Shown here: positions 36,407 to 45,693 of the stretch, in pieces
Layout of the letters: each line of letters begins with the position of its first letter
How positions within the stretch are numbered: position 1 is the first letter of the stretch
Assembly: GCA_963696935.1 (NCBI GenBank)
Contig: CAVOMB010000056.1
Coordinates: 3,331 to 67,330 of the forward strand
DNA length: 64,000 nucleotides
Source of the DNA: an uncultured Thermoleophilia bacterium
GTDB taxonomy: Bacteria; Actinomycetota; Thermoleophilia; UBA2241
Reading direction: 5' to 3'
The notes under the pieces: generated by a model
Databases searched by the model: none
Told to the model about the DNA's origin: nothing
What the model saw: the letters and a program-made list of their open reading frames with translations, nothing else
Position numbers and translations under genes: made by a program

Positions 36407-37318
36407 TCAGGGCGCCGGCTCCAATGACTCGGCGCCCTCCTCCTCGTGCTCGCCGAGCAGCACCACGAGCAGGCCGGCGACCACGATGAGCGCGCCGCCG
36501 ATGACGGTCCACAGGGAGATGGCCTGGCCCAGCAACAGCAACGCGTAGACCGGCGCCGACACCGGCTCCAGGTACCCGAGAATGGCGCTGTGCTGCACCT
36601 TTATCATGCCCATCCCGTACGTCCACATCAGGTACGCGAGGGCGGTGCAGACCACGCCGAGGATCAGGCCGGCCACCAGGTCGCGCGTCGTCAGCCGGTA
36701 GCCGGCCCCCACCGTCTGCCAGAGCGCGAGCGGCAGCAGGATGAGCGCGTCGAGCCAGGCCTCGGTGAAGACGATGGTGACGGCCGAGATGCGCTTGGTC
36801 AGGTCCTTGACCAGGAGCTGGAAGGCGGCGTAGCCCACACCGGCGAGCAGACCCGCCGTCACGCCCCACGGCGAGAGCTCTATGCCCTCGCCGAGCAGTG
36901 ACGGCGCGAGGATGACCGCGAGGCCGGCGAGCGCGATCGCCAGTGCGGGGTAGACGATGCCCTCGGTCCGGGCGCGGAACACCCGCGGCGCGATGAGCGC
37001 CACCCACACCGGAGCCAGGAACTGCAGGAACATGCCAATGGCGACACTCGTGCCGCGGATGGCGACGAAGAAGAGCAGCAGGGTGAATGCGTCGATCACG
37101 GCCATGAGCAGCAGGCGCGGCCAGACGGTGCGGGCGGCCGCGCCGGCGAGCGGGCGGCGGCGGGCGAACACGATGCCGAGCGCGATGCCCGCCGTGGCGA
37201 AGCGGAGCACCAGCAGGGCGCTCTCGGGGGCGGTCGCCCATTCCACGAGGGCGCCGATCACCCCCATGATGAGGAACGAGCCGGCGACCAGCAGGTAGCC
37301 GCGCGCCGCCCGGCTCAC
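36407..37318 (-). CDS. EamA/DMT-family permease, paralog 1 of 5
   Basis: GTG 37318 overlaps the upstream stop (GTGA). About 10 TM helices. Conserved blocks shared with paralogs: FF.A.R.T.VA...FL....PV.VA..AP, LPLALWQ. Confidence 0.8.
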   Translation of the reverse strand: MSRAARGYLLVAGSFLIMGVIGALVEWATAPESALLVLRFATAGIALGIVFARRRPLAGAAARTVWPRLLLMAVIDAFTLLLFFVAIRGTSVAIGMFLQFLAPVWVALIAPRVFRARTEGIVYPALAIALAGLAVILAPSLLGEGIELSPWGVTAGLLAGVGYAAFQLLVKDLTKRISAVTIVFTEAWLDALILLPLALWQTVGAGYRLTTRDLVAGLILGVVCTALAYLMWTYGMGMIKVQHSAILGYLEPVSAPVYALLLLGQAISLWTVIGGALIVVAGLLVVLLGEHEEEGAESLEPAP

Positions 37319-38247
37319 AGCGGCTCCGGCTCCGTCAGCGCGGCGGCGGACTCCTCGCCCTCGCCGCGCCCGAAGACCACGATCAGCAGCCCGGACGCCA
37401 GGATCATCGCCCCCCCGACGACCGTCCAGAGCGTCAGCGGCTGGCCCACCAGGAAGACGGCGTACAACGGGCCGGCCACCGGCTCGATGTAGCCGAGGAC
37501 CGTCACGTGCTCCACGCGCACGCGCTTGGTCCCCATGATCCAGAGCGTGTAGGGGATGGCGGTGCAGAACACGCCCATGACCACCGCCGCGACCCATGCC
37601 TTGCCGTCCAGCTCGTAGCTCGTGCTGTGGAACTGCCAGAGCGCGAGAGGGAGGACAAAAACGGCGTCGAGCGTCGCCTCGGCCATGGAGATGGTCGAAG
37701 AGTTGACGATCTTGGTCAGGCCCTTGACCGAGACGGTGTACGTCGCGTAGCCGAACCCGGTGAACAGCGCCGCCAGCATGCCGAGCATGGAGATCTTGAC
37801 GCCCTCCCCGAGGAGGTCGGGAACCAGGATGACCGCGAGGCCGGCCAGAGCGAGGCCGAGGGCCGGCCACACCACCGGCTCGCGCGGCGACTTGAAGAGG
37901 CGCGGCGCGGCCAGGGCCACCCACACCGGCATGAGGAACAGCATGAACATGGCGATGGCGACACTGGTGGTGCGCACCGCGTAGAAGAAGAGCAGCAGCG
38001 TGAGAGACGACATCGCCGCCATGAGGAGGAGCCGCCAGGCGGCGCCCGGGCGGCGCCAGTCGGCGAGCATCGGGCGCCGCAGGAACACGGCGCCGAGCGC
38101 CAGCGCGGCGAAGGCCATCCGCAACGAGAGGATGATCGCCTCGGGCGCGTCGGCCCAGGCGACCAGCGGGGCGCTGCCGGCCATGCCGAGGTACGAAAGG
38201 ATGACGATGAAGTAGCCGAACGGGTCGCGGCGGCGCGGCGAGGTCAC
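37315..38247 (-). CDS. EamA/DMT-family permease, paralog 2 of 5
   Basis: 310 aa. GTGA overlap with paralog 3. Same TM architecture. Confidence 0.8.
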   Translation of the reverse strand: MTSPRRRDPFGYFIVILSYLGMAGSAPLVAWADAPEAIILSLRMAFAALALGAVFLRRPMLADWRRPGAAWRLLLMAAMSSLTLLLFFYAVRTTSVAIAMFMLFLMPVWVALAAPRLFKSPREPVVWPALGLALAGLAVILVPDLLGEGVKISMLGMLAALFTGFGYATYTVSVKGLTKIVNSSTISMAEATLDAVFVLPLALWQFHSTSYELDGKAWVAAVVMGVFCTAIPYTLWIMGTKRVRVEHVTVLGYIEPVAGPLYAVFLVGQPLTLWTVVGGAMILASGLLIVVFGRGEGEESAAALTEPEPL

Positions 38248-39158
38248 AGCGGCTCCATCTCCTCTTCCGCCCTGCCGAACACGACCACCAGGATGCCGGC
38301 GAGAAGGACGAGGGCTCCGCCAGCGGCGGTCGCCAGCGTTATCCCCTCACCGAGGAACACCCAGGCGACTATCGGAGCGACGACGGGGGTGAGAAAGCCG
38401 AGGATCGCGCTGTGCTGCACCCGGATCCGGCCCACGCCCTCCACCCACAGGGTGTACGCGACAGCCGTGCACACAAGGCCGAGGATGGCGGCCGCGACCA
38501 GGTCGTGCGCCGTGACCGACAGTCCGGATGCCGCGACCTGCCAGAGCGCCAGCGGGAGGATCACGATGGCGTCCATGGTGACCTCGACGGTGACGATTGT
38601 CGTGCTCTCCAGCTTCTCGTCCGTCAGGGTCTTGACCAACAGCTGGAAGAACGCGTAGAGCCACCCGCTGACCAGTCCCACAGCCATGCCGACGACTGAG
38701 AGCGTGGCGCCTGAGCCCAGCAGTGACGGCAGGATGATGACGGCGAGGCCGCCGACCGCGACCCCGAGCGACAGATAGACGAGCTTCTCGGTGCGCGAAC
38801 CGAGGAAGCGCGGCGCGAGCACCGCAACCCACACCGGCTGCATGAAGAGCAGGAAGGTCGCGACGGCGACCCCGGTCAGCCGGACGGCGAAGAAGTAGGC
38901 CAGCAAGGAGCCGCCGTCCAAGGGGCCGATCAGCAGGAGCTTGAACCAGAGGCCGCGGCGCAGGAAGACGGCGAACGGCCGGCGGCGCCAGAACACGATG
39001 ACGAGGGCGGCGGCGGCGAAGGACATGCGCAGGACGACCAGGACGCTGGACGGCGCGTCCGCCCAGCTCACCAGCGCGCCGCTGAAGCCCACGAGGATGA
39101 AGCAGGCCGCGACCAGGCCGTAGCCGGTCAGGTCGCGCCCTGATGCTGCTGTTCTCAA
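38244..39158 (-). CDS. EamA/DMT-family permease, paralog 3 of 5
   Basis: 304 aa. TTG start follows GGGGGAG. Same TM architecture. Confidence 0.75.
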   Translation of the reverse strand: MRTAASGRDLTGYGLVAACFILVGFSGALVSWADAPSSVLVVLRMSFAAAALVIVFWRRRPFAVFLRRGLWFKLLLIGPLDGGSLLAYFFAVRLTGVAVATFLLFMQPVWVAVLAPRFLGSRTEKLVYLSLGVAVGGLAVIILPSLLGSGATLSVVGMAVGLVSGWLYAFFQLLVKTLTDEKLESTTIVTVEVTMDAIVILPLALWQVAASGLSVTAHDLVAAAILGLVCTAVAYTLWVEGVGRIRVQHSAILGFLTPVVAPIVAWVFLGEGITLATAAGGALVLLAGILVVVFGRAEEEMEPL

Positions 39159-39176
39159 CTCACTCCCCCGACCGGA

Positions 39177-40118
39177 CTATCCCAGCGGCTCCAACTCCGG
39201 CTCCCCCCGAGCGTACAGCACCATGAGGATGCCGGCAGCCACGATCAGCGCCCCGCCGGCGACCGTCCAGCCGCTTGGCACTTGGCCGAGGAAGAGGAGA
39301 GCGTAGAACGGGGCGCTCACCGGCTCGACGTAGGCGATGATGCTGGCGTGCTGCACGCGGATGTAGCGCAGACCGTCCATGAAGAGGCTGAAGCTGAAGG
39401 CGGTGGTGACGAGCCCGAGCAGCGCCGCCATCAGGAGGTCGACGCCCGTAGAGCTGTAGTGCGCGGCGCCCACCGCCAGCAGACCCGGGACGAGCATCAC
39501 CGCGGCGGTGAAGGCGCTCTGCGCGAACACCACCGGCGTGCTGCGCACGTGCAGGCCGCGCAGGCTCTTGGCGAACAGCAGGTACACGGCGTACATCACG
39601 CCTGCGGCCAAACCGCAGAGCAGCCCAGGGGCGGACAGCTTGACGCCCTCGAGCACCAGGCCCGGCACCAGGATCAGCGCCATGCCGGCCAGTCCCACCG
39701 CGAGGGCCACGTACACCACCGGCTCCGTCTTCTCCTTGAGGACGCGCGGCGCGACAAACGCGAGGTACACCGGCGCGAGGTAGCTGAGGAAGATGGCGAC
39801 CGCGACCCCGGTGTAGCGGATGGCGAGGAAGTACAGGATCAGGTTGAGCGACAGCGCGATGCTGATGCCGACGATGCGCAGCGGAGCGCCGGGGGTGCGG
39901 AGGTCGCGCCAGCTGCCGGTGGCCGCGACGACGAGGCCGAGCGCGGCCGCCGCGAACGCCATGCGCAGGCACAGAAGCATGGTCGCCGGCATGTCCGCGT
40001 AGGTGACCATGACGCCGATGGCGCCGTTGGCCAGGCTGGCAAGGCCGACCTCGAAGTAGCCGCGCAGCCGCTCCGGTGACTGCCCGCCCGCCGTCCGAGG
40101 CTCCGCGGCGGCGCTCAC
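39177..40118 (-). CDS. EamA/DMT-family permease, paralog 4 of 5
   Basis: 313 aa. GTG 40118 overlaps the upstream stop (GTGA). Confidence 0.8.
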   Translation of the reverse strand: MSAAAEPRTAGGQSPERLRGYFEVGLASLANGAIGVMVTYADMPATMLLCLRMAFAAAALGLVVAATGSWRDLRTPGAPLRIVGISIALSLNLILYFLAIRYTGVAVAIFLSYLAPVYLAFVAPRVLKEKTEPVVYVALAVGLAGMALILVPGLVLEGVKLSAPGLLCGLAAGVMYAVYLLFAKSLRGLHVRSTPVVFAQSAFTAAVMLVPGLLAVGAAHYSSTGVDLLMAALLGLVTTAFSFSLFMDGLRYIRVQHASIIAYVEPVSAPFYALLFLGQVPSGWTVAGGALIVAAGILMVLYARGEPELEPLG

Positions 40119-40888
40119 GTGAGCGGCTCCAGCAGCGACTCCGACTCGCCCCTGGCGAACACGATGACGAGGATGCCGGCGTGCTCCACGCGAACGTAGC
40201 GCAGGCCGTCGGTGAGGAGGCTGAAGCAGAGCGCCGTGTACACGAGGCCGCTGATGATGACGATCCAGACGTCAGGCCAGGTGAGCAAGTACCCGCTGGC
40301 GACCGTCTGCCAGACGGCCAGCGGGGGAACAGGATGACGGACCCTGCGCAGTAGAGAAGCGCGAAGGTGGAGCCACGCACGCCGGCATCGCTCATGCTGC
40401 CGACGAGCATGATCGCCGTGGCGAACATGAGGCCGGCCAGCAGGCCGAAGACGGCGCCGGGGACGGGGACGGGGACGGCGCCGCGTGCGCAGCGCCCACG
40501 GCGCCAGCACCGCGACCCACACCGGCGCCATGTACTCGAGCGACACGCCGACGGTGACGTTCGAGGTCCGGATGGAGGCGAAGTAGAAGATCATCTCCAG
40601 TGCGACGACGAACCCGAGCACGACCATGCGGCGGATGCGGCCCGACCGGCGGACCTCATCGACACCGCCGGTAAGGAAGAAGAGCGCCGCAAGCGCGATG
40701 CCGGCCAGCCCCATCCTCAAAACGAGGAACAGGCTGGCCGGCATGGTCGAGATCTGGGTGAGCGTCGCCGAGGTGCCGAGGATCAGCGACGACGCGCCGA
40801 TCTCCGCGTACCCGCGGAGGCGGTGATCGGCTCCCGTGAGGGCCGCGTCCCCCGGCGCGGCTCTCGTTGACTCGCCGTCACCCGTCAA
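40115..40888 (-). pseudogene. EamA/DMT-family permease, paralog 5, disrupted (two frame changes plus internal deletions)
   Basis: The N-terminal half is intact up to ...YMAPVWVAVLAPWAL. The frame is lost at the GGGGAC x3 hexamer repeat (about 40461-40480). The middle helices (GAVFGLLAGLMFATAIMLVG...CAGSVILFP) read in another frame. The frame is regained at a C5 run (about 40330). About 35 aa before the C-terminus are missing relative to the paralogs. Confidence 0.7.
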
Positions 40889-42672
40889 TCGCTTGCGAAG
40901 CCCATCCGGCCCGAGAACACCTCGAGGAAGCGCTTGTCGGTGGCGAGGTCCAAGAACTCGATACGGTCCCGCACCTTGGCCATCCTGTCTCTGGCTTTCA
41001 CGTCGATGAGCGCCATCTGCGCGCCCACGCCGGCGGCGTTGCCCACGAACGCGACGCGCTCGGTCTCTACGGGCGGGAACAGGCCGAGGTACTGCGCCGC
41101 GGCCAGGTCGAGGTAGTTGCCGAACGCCCCGGCGATGTACACGGTGTCGAGCTCTTCGAGAGGGACGTCGAGGCTCTGCATGAGCAGCTCCCAGCCCGCG
41201 TGGATGGCGCCCTTGGCGAGCTGCAGACTGCGCACGTCGTGCTGGGTGAAGACGATGTCGCCGTGCGGGCCCTCGGTGAGCAGGTACTCCCAGCCCTCCT
41301 CGCCCTTGCGCACGCGCGGGTGCTTGGAGTTCATGCGGCCGCTCTTCTCGACCACGCCGGCGTGCACGAGACCGGCGAGCAGGTCGACGACACCCGAGCC
41401 GCAGATGCCGATGGGCTCTTCGCCGGCGATAGTGACGATGTCGGTGGCTTCGCCATCGGGAGTGATCTTGACGCGCTCGATGGCGCCGGCGACGGCCTTC
41501 ATGCCGTTGCGGATCTGGTAGCCCTCGAACGCGGGGCCGGACGCGCAGCTCGTCACGGTGACGCGGCCGTCGTGCGCCAGCGCGATCTCCGTGTTGGTAC
41601 CGATGTCGATGGCCATGCTCGGCTTCTTCTTGTCGGCGAGGTGCGTGGCCGCGACCACGGCGAGAGCGTCCGAGCCGACGAACCCGGCGATGGGCGGGGG
41701 GAAGTGCACGCCGCCGTCGGGGTTCATGTGGATGCCGAGCTCGCTCGCCTTGAACGTGAGGGGCTCGGCGGCGGCAGGCGCGAACGGGGCCTGGCCGAGG
41801 CCGACGGGAGACAGGCCAAGCGCCAGGTGATGCATGGCGGTGTTGCCGACCACGGTCATGTCGTAGACGTGATTGACGTGGATGTCCTGACGCTCGTACA
41901 GCGCCTTGAGGTTGGTGTTGACGCCCTCGCGGACGGCCGAGGCCAGCAGAGCCGTCTCGTTGTGCTGGGAGGCGTGAGCGATGCGGCTGATGACGTCCTC
42001 ACCGTAGCGCATCTGCGGGTTCTCGATGGCCTCCTGGTCGATGAGGGCGCCACGGCGCAGATCGAACAGGTAGGCGATGACCTTGGAGGTGCCGATGTCG
42101 ACGGCCACCCCGTAGCACTCGCAATCTCGCTGGCCCGGATGGACGTCGATGACGCGCTTGCCGTAGGTGGTCGCGGTGACCCGCCACTTACCGTCGCGCA
42201 GCGTCGACGGCAGCTCCTTGAGCACGTGCAGCGGGACCTCGACGCCGCCGAGGGCCTGGTCGAACCGCTCCAGGTCCGAGCGCTTGTCGGCCAGCGTCGG
42301 CGGCTCGAGCTGGATCGACCTCGTGGCAACGACCGGGTGTGCGGCGCCGTGCGTGAGCTGCGACGTCGTCAGGATCCGTCGCTGACCGGCGGTGCCGCGC
42401 ACCTCGATGCTGACGCGCGCGGAGCGCGGGTGGGCCTGGCACGCGAGACGCCAGCCCTCGTCGCGCAGCTTCTCCGGGATGCGCTTGAGCTCGCGCTCGG
42501 TGGGTGCCGTCAGCTCTCCGGAGCCCAGACGGACAAGGCACTTGCCGCAGGTACCGCGGCCGGCGCAGTCGGTGGGGATATCGATCTGGGCACGGATGAG
42601 ACCCTTGAGCAGGTTGTCCTGCTCCTCGACGGTCAGGGTCAATCCGATGGGCTCGACAAAGACTTTCGGCAC
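40885..42672 (-). CDS. RamA/RACo-like corrinoid reductive activase (N-terminal 2Fe-2S ferredoxin + ASKHA ATPase domain)
   Basis: GTG 42672 follows AAGGAG. Plant-type ferredoxin Cys motif CAGRGTCGKCLV...C. ASKHA blocks: GVAVDIGTSKV, MAIDIGTNTEIAL, GICGSGVVD, YIAGAFGNY. Confidence 0.8.
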   Translation of the reverse strand: MPKVFVEPIGLTLTVEEQDNLLKGLIRAQIDIPTDCAGRGTCGKCLVRLGSGELTAPTERELKRIPEKLRDEGWRLACQAHPRSARVSIEVRGTAGQRRILTTSQLTHGAAHPVVATRSIQLEPPTLADKRSDLERFDQALGGVEVPLHVLKELPSTLRDGKWRVTATTYGKRVIDVHPGQRDCECYGVAVDIGTSKVIAYLFDLRRGALIDQEAIENPQMRYGEDVISRIAHASQHNETALLASAVREGVNTNLKALYERQDIHVNHVYDMTVVGNTAMHHLALGLSPVGLGQAPFAPAAAEPLTFKASELGIHMNPDGGVHFPPPIAGFVGSDALAVVAATHLADKKKPSMAIDIGTNTEIALAHDGRVTVTSCASGPAFEGYQIRNGMKAVAGAIERVKITPDGEATDIVTIAGEEPIGICGSGVVDLLAGLVHAGVVEKSGRMNSKHPRVRKGEEGWEYLLTEGPHGDIVFTQHDVRSLQLAKGAIHAGWELLMQSLDVPLEELDTVYIAGAFGNYLDLAAAQYLGLFPPVETERVAFVGNAAGVGAQMALIDVKARDRMAKVRDRIEFLDLATDKRFLEVFSGRMGFASD

Positions 42673-42803
42673 GTTTGCTCCTTGCGTTCCGTGAGGACGG
42701 GCGGGCGGCTCTTCCGGCCGCCCGCCCCACCGGCGCACTCTGCCGCGCCGGAGGTCCCCCCGGTCCTACCCCACAGGCTCCGCAGTCAGACCCCGGGGGG
42801 CCC

Positions 42804-44099
42804 TCAGGCCCTGGTCGCCTCGCCGAACACGTCGGCCATGCGGTTCTTCCTGTCGACGACTTTCTGCATGCGCGCGTCCCAGACCTCGCTCAGCGTCGGG
42901 CCGCGGCCGGGGTCGAACATACCGGCGACACCGGAGCGCGGCTTCTCTTCGCAGCCCTCGCAGTGGCACTTGCCCGGGACGTAGTCCTCGGGCTCGGTGT
43001 ACAGGCTGATGACGCCCTCGTAGTTGCGCAGCACGACCTTGCCCGGCGCCTGGCTGATGACGTAGTTGGGAAACACCGGCGTCTTCCCGCCGCCGCCGAT
43101 GGCGTCGATGATGTAGGTCGGCACGCCGAAGCCCGTGGTGTGGCCGCGCAGGCTCTCGTAGATCTCGATGCCCTTGGAGACACTGGTGCGGAAGTGCGCC
43201 GTGCCCTGCGCGAGGTCGCACTGGTAGTAGTAGTAGGGCTTGACCCGGTACTGCAGCAGCTTGTGGGAGAGCTTCATCATGACGCGCGCGTCGTCGTTGA
43301 TGCCGCGCATGAGCACAGTCTGGTTGCCCATCGGGATGCCGGCGTCGTTGATCCGGTCGCAGGCGAGCTTGCTCTCGGCGGTGAACTCCTGCGGGTGGTT
43401 GAAGTGCGTGTTCAGATAGATCGGCTGGTACTTCTTGAGCATGGCGACCAGCTCGGGGGTGATGCGCTGCGGGCAGACCACCGGCATGCGCGAGCCGATG
43501 CGGATGATCTCCACGTGGTCGATGGCGCGCACGCGCTGGATGATGTTCTCAAGTTGCCCGTCACTCAGCACCAGCGGGTCGCCGCCGCTGATGAGCACGT
43601 CGCGGACCTCGGTGGCCCGCTCGATGTACTTGATGGCGTTGTCGATCTCGGTCTTGGCGACGATGTCCTCGCTGCCGCCGACGAGGCGACGCCGCGTGCA
43701 GTGGCGGCAGTACATGCTGCACATCTCGGTGACGACGAAGAGCACGCGGTCCGGATAGCGGTGCGTGATGCGCGGCGTCGGGGAGTCGAAGTCCTCGGAG
43801 ACGGCGTCCTCGATGTCCTCGGAGTGGATGACGAGCTCGGCCGGCGTCGGCACGCCCTGCATACGCACGGGGTCGGTCGAGTCGTCCGGGTCCATGAGCG
43901 ACGCGTAGTACGGCGTCACGCTGACGCGGAACTTGCCCATACACGCCTCGAGGTCCTTGCGCTGTGCGTCTGTGAGGTTCAGCACGCTCTCGAAATCCTC
44001 GGTGGTGGTGAGACGGTTGCGCAACTGCCACTTGTAGTCGTTCCAGTCGGCGTCGCTGACGTCCATGAAGCGCGGGATGCTCTTGCGGTCTCTGATCAT
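42804..44099 (-). CDS. kamA: Lysine 2,3-aminomutase (KamA/AblA family radical-SAM, PLP enzyme)
   Basis: 431 aa. CSMYCRHCTRRR cluster motif, GGDPL, PVVCPQRITPEL, NTHFNHP, YYYQCDLAQG, IIDAIGGGGKTPV. Both acidic residues that I recall binding the lysine epsilon-amino group in the clostridial enzyme are present. C-terminal Zn Cys motif. Confidence 0.85.
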   Translation of the reverse strand: MIRDRKSIPRFMDVSDADWNDYKWQLRNRLTTTEDFESVLNLTDAQRKDLEACMGKFRVSVTPYYASLMDPDDSTDPVRMQGVPTPAELVIHSEDIEDAVSEDFDSPTPRITHRYPDRVLFVVTEMCSMYCRHCTRRRLVGGSEDIVAKTEIDNAIKYIERATEVRDVLISGGDPLVLSDGQLENIIQRVRAIDHVEIIRIGSRMPVVCPQRITPELVAMLKKYQPIYLNTHFNHPQEFTAESKLACDRINDAGIPMGNQTVLMRGINDDARVMMKLSHKLLQYRVKPYYYYQCDLAQGTAHFRTSVSKGIEIYESLRGHTTGFGVPTYIIDAIGGGGKTPVFPNYVISQAPGKVVLRNYEGVISLYTEPEDYVPGKCHCEGCEEKPRSGVAGMFDPGRGPTLSEVWDARMQKVVDRKNRMADVFGEATRA

Positions 44100-44280
44100 C
44101 TTGGCGTCTCCTCCTCCGCGGGTCCATGACCTCCGCGGCAGCTGAATCCGGTGACGCCCCGGCCTCCACGTGGCGGGGCGTGATGCACTCGTGTATACGG
44201 AGCTTACAGCGTCGGCGGGAGCGCCGTCGCTGTCGTCCGGGAGGGCGCGGCGGGCGTGCCGCAGCCGCGCCCGCGGGCTG

Positions 44281-45693
44281 CTACAGGCCGGGGCCCGCGG
44301 CGATGCGCTCGATGACCCCGCGGGCCTCGGCGCCGAGCGGCACGGGAGTGTGCTCGGCGAGCAGTTGCCGCGCGATGACGGTCGCCTTCTCGTAAGCGCC
44401 CTCGCGGCCGGAGGCGACCCAGGCGTCCCACATGGTGCGGTCGAGCAGGCGGGGACGCCACACCTCCTTCATGTGCCGGCGAGTGTGGCGCTGGCCGAGA
44501 TAGTTGCCGCCGATGCCGACTTGCTTGATCGCGTCGGCGGCGATGGTCTCTTCGTCCACCCGGATGCCGGCGGCGATGAAGGCGTTCCAGCTGAAGATCT
44601 CCGTGTCCATCACGAGCTGCTGCGGGCTGAAGGCCGCGGCGGCGCCCAGCAGACCGGCTCCGCCGGTCACACCGGCGCCCGAGGCCGTGGTCGTCATCGA
44701 GGCGAAGGCGTCCTGCTGGCACGCCTGCCAGTCCGGTTCGTGACTGGTGGTACGCAGGCCGCCGGCGACGAGCGGCAGCCCCACGCGGGCTGCAAGCTGC
44801 GCGGCGGCAAGCTGGAACAGCGACGCCTGGGGGCCGGCCGCGGGCAGGCCGGCCGCCGCGGGGTCGGCGACGTAGAAGAACGGCGCGCCGGGAGCAGCAG
44901 CCTGGACGGCCGCGCAGCCGGCGAGCACGCCGGCGTGATGACGGACCAGAGCGGAGCCGAGGTCGACGGCCGCGGGCGGAGCACTGTCGGCCGTCGCAGC
45001 CGGCGGCGAGGGCGGAGCGGTCACGCCCGATGCCGCATCCGCCGGCGCGAGCACCAGCCCGACGGGCAGGCCGGCGCGGGCGAAGACGAGCGCCGCGTCC
45101 AGAGCGGCGGAGCCGCCGCAGAGCGAGAGCGGCGGGCGCCGGCGGGCCTCTTCGGCGGAGCCGGCTATGGCCGCGGCCGCCTCGACGACGCCCTCGGCGT
45201 CGGGAGCGGACGTCAACAGACCGGCCATCACGTGCTTGCTGGTGCCGGCCAGGCAGCGTGCGACTCCAGCGACCACGGGCACGCCGGCCGCACGCAGCGG
45301 CGGGCCGGCGAGCACGGCCACCTCGGGCAGCGCGTCTGCGAGCTTGACGGCGTCGTCCAGATCAGCGGCCGTCGCCGGCACGGAGTCCCCGTCGGCGAGG
45401 CGGCGGACCCGCTCAGGCACGCCGGCCGGTCCGGCGGTCGCGGCGCCGGCGGCCAGCCACACGTGGCCGGCGCCCAGCACGACGTCATGCTCCGGCACGC
45501 GTCCGGCGAGGACGAAGCTTGAGGGCGCCGACTGGGCCGCGGCCTCAGCCGCGGCTGCCCCGACGCCCAGTAGTCCGAGCGCGGCTGCGTGCACGCGCGC
45601 CACGTCGTCGTCGCTCAGTACGCGCAGCGCAAGACGAGCCTGCGTAGTCAGGATGGGCCGCGCCTGCGGCGTCTGCGGAGTCGGATCGGTCAC
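44281..45693 (-). CDS. Divergent, Ala-rich MttB-superfamily protein (N-terminal and central motifs degenerate)
   Basis: GTG 45693 overlaps the upstream stop (GTGA), with AGAGGAG inside the upstream gene. The C-terminal third is clearly MttB-like (QQLVMDTEIFSW...VDEETIAADAIKQVGIGGNYLGQRHTRRHMKEVWRPRLLDR). The substrate-side blocks (GTGSD/SNDG) are absent. Confidence 0.65.
   Translation of the reverse strand: MTDPTPQTPQARPILTTQARLALRVLSDDDVARVHAAALGLLGVGAAAAEAAAQSAPSSFVLAGRVPEHDVVLGAGHVWLAAGAATAGPAGVPERVRRLADGDSVPATAADLDDAVKLADALPEVAVLAGPPLRAAGVPVVAGVARCLAGTSKHVMAGLLTSAPDAEGVVEAAAAIAGSAEEARRRPPLSLCGGSAALDAALVFARAGLPVGLVLAPADAASGVTAPPSPPAATADSAPPAAVDLGSALVRHHAGVLAGCAAVQAAAPGAPFFYVADPAAAGLPAAGPQASLFQLAAAQLAARVGLPLVAGGLRTTSHEPDWQACQQDAFASMTTTASGAGVTGGAGLLGAAAAFSPQQLVMDTEIFSWNAFIAAGIRVDEETIAADAIKQVGIGGNYLGQRHTRRHMKEVWRPRLLDRTMWDAWVASGREGAYEKATVIARQLLAEHTPVPLGAEARGVIERIAAGPGL

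Noticed and set aside
40461-40480. GGGGAC x3 hexamer tandem repeat as a possible phase-variation tract
   Set aside because: There are only three units. It encodes a PVPVPV linker in the correct frame of a gene that carries other independent lesions, so there is no evidence for a programmed switch.
42804-44099. Whether the radical-SAM aminomutase could be PylB (methylornithine synthase) supporting pyrrolysine synthesis
   Set aside because: The sequence carries KamA-family blocks (CSMYCRHCTRRR, NTHFNHP, YYQCDL, DAxGGGGKTP). PylB is biotin-synthase-like. This gene is therefore a lysine 2,3-aminomutase type, not PylB.
44100-44280. Possible lysine (L-box) riboswitch in the 181-nt leader of kamA, or a cobalamin riboswitch at 36070-36406 or 48616-48867
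   Set aside because: I looked for the conserved L-box core strings and for a B12 box (GCCACTG-like with flanking GGTG..AA.TCC). I found only weak partial resemblances (for example GTCACTG and GTGACCATCC near 36150-36260). This is not enough to call without a covariance-model scan.
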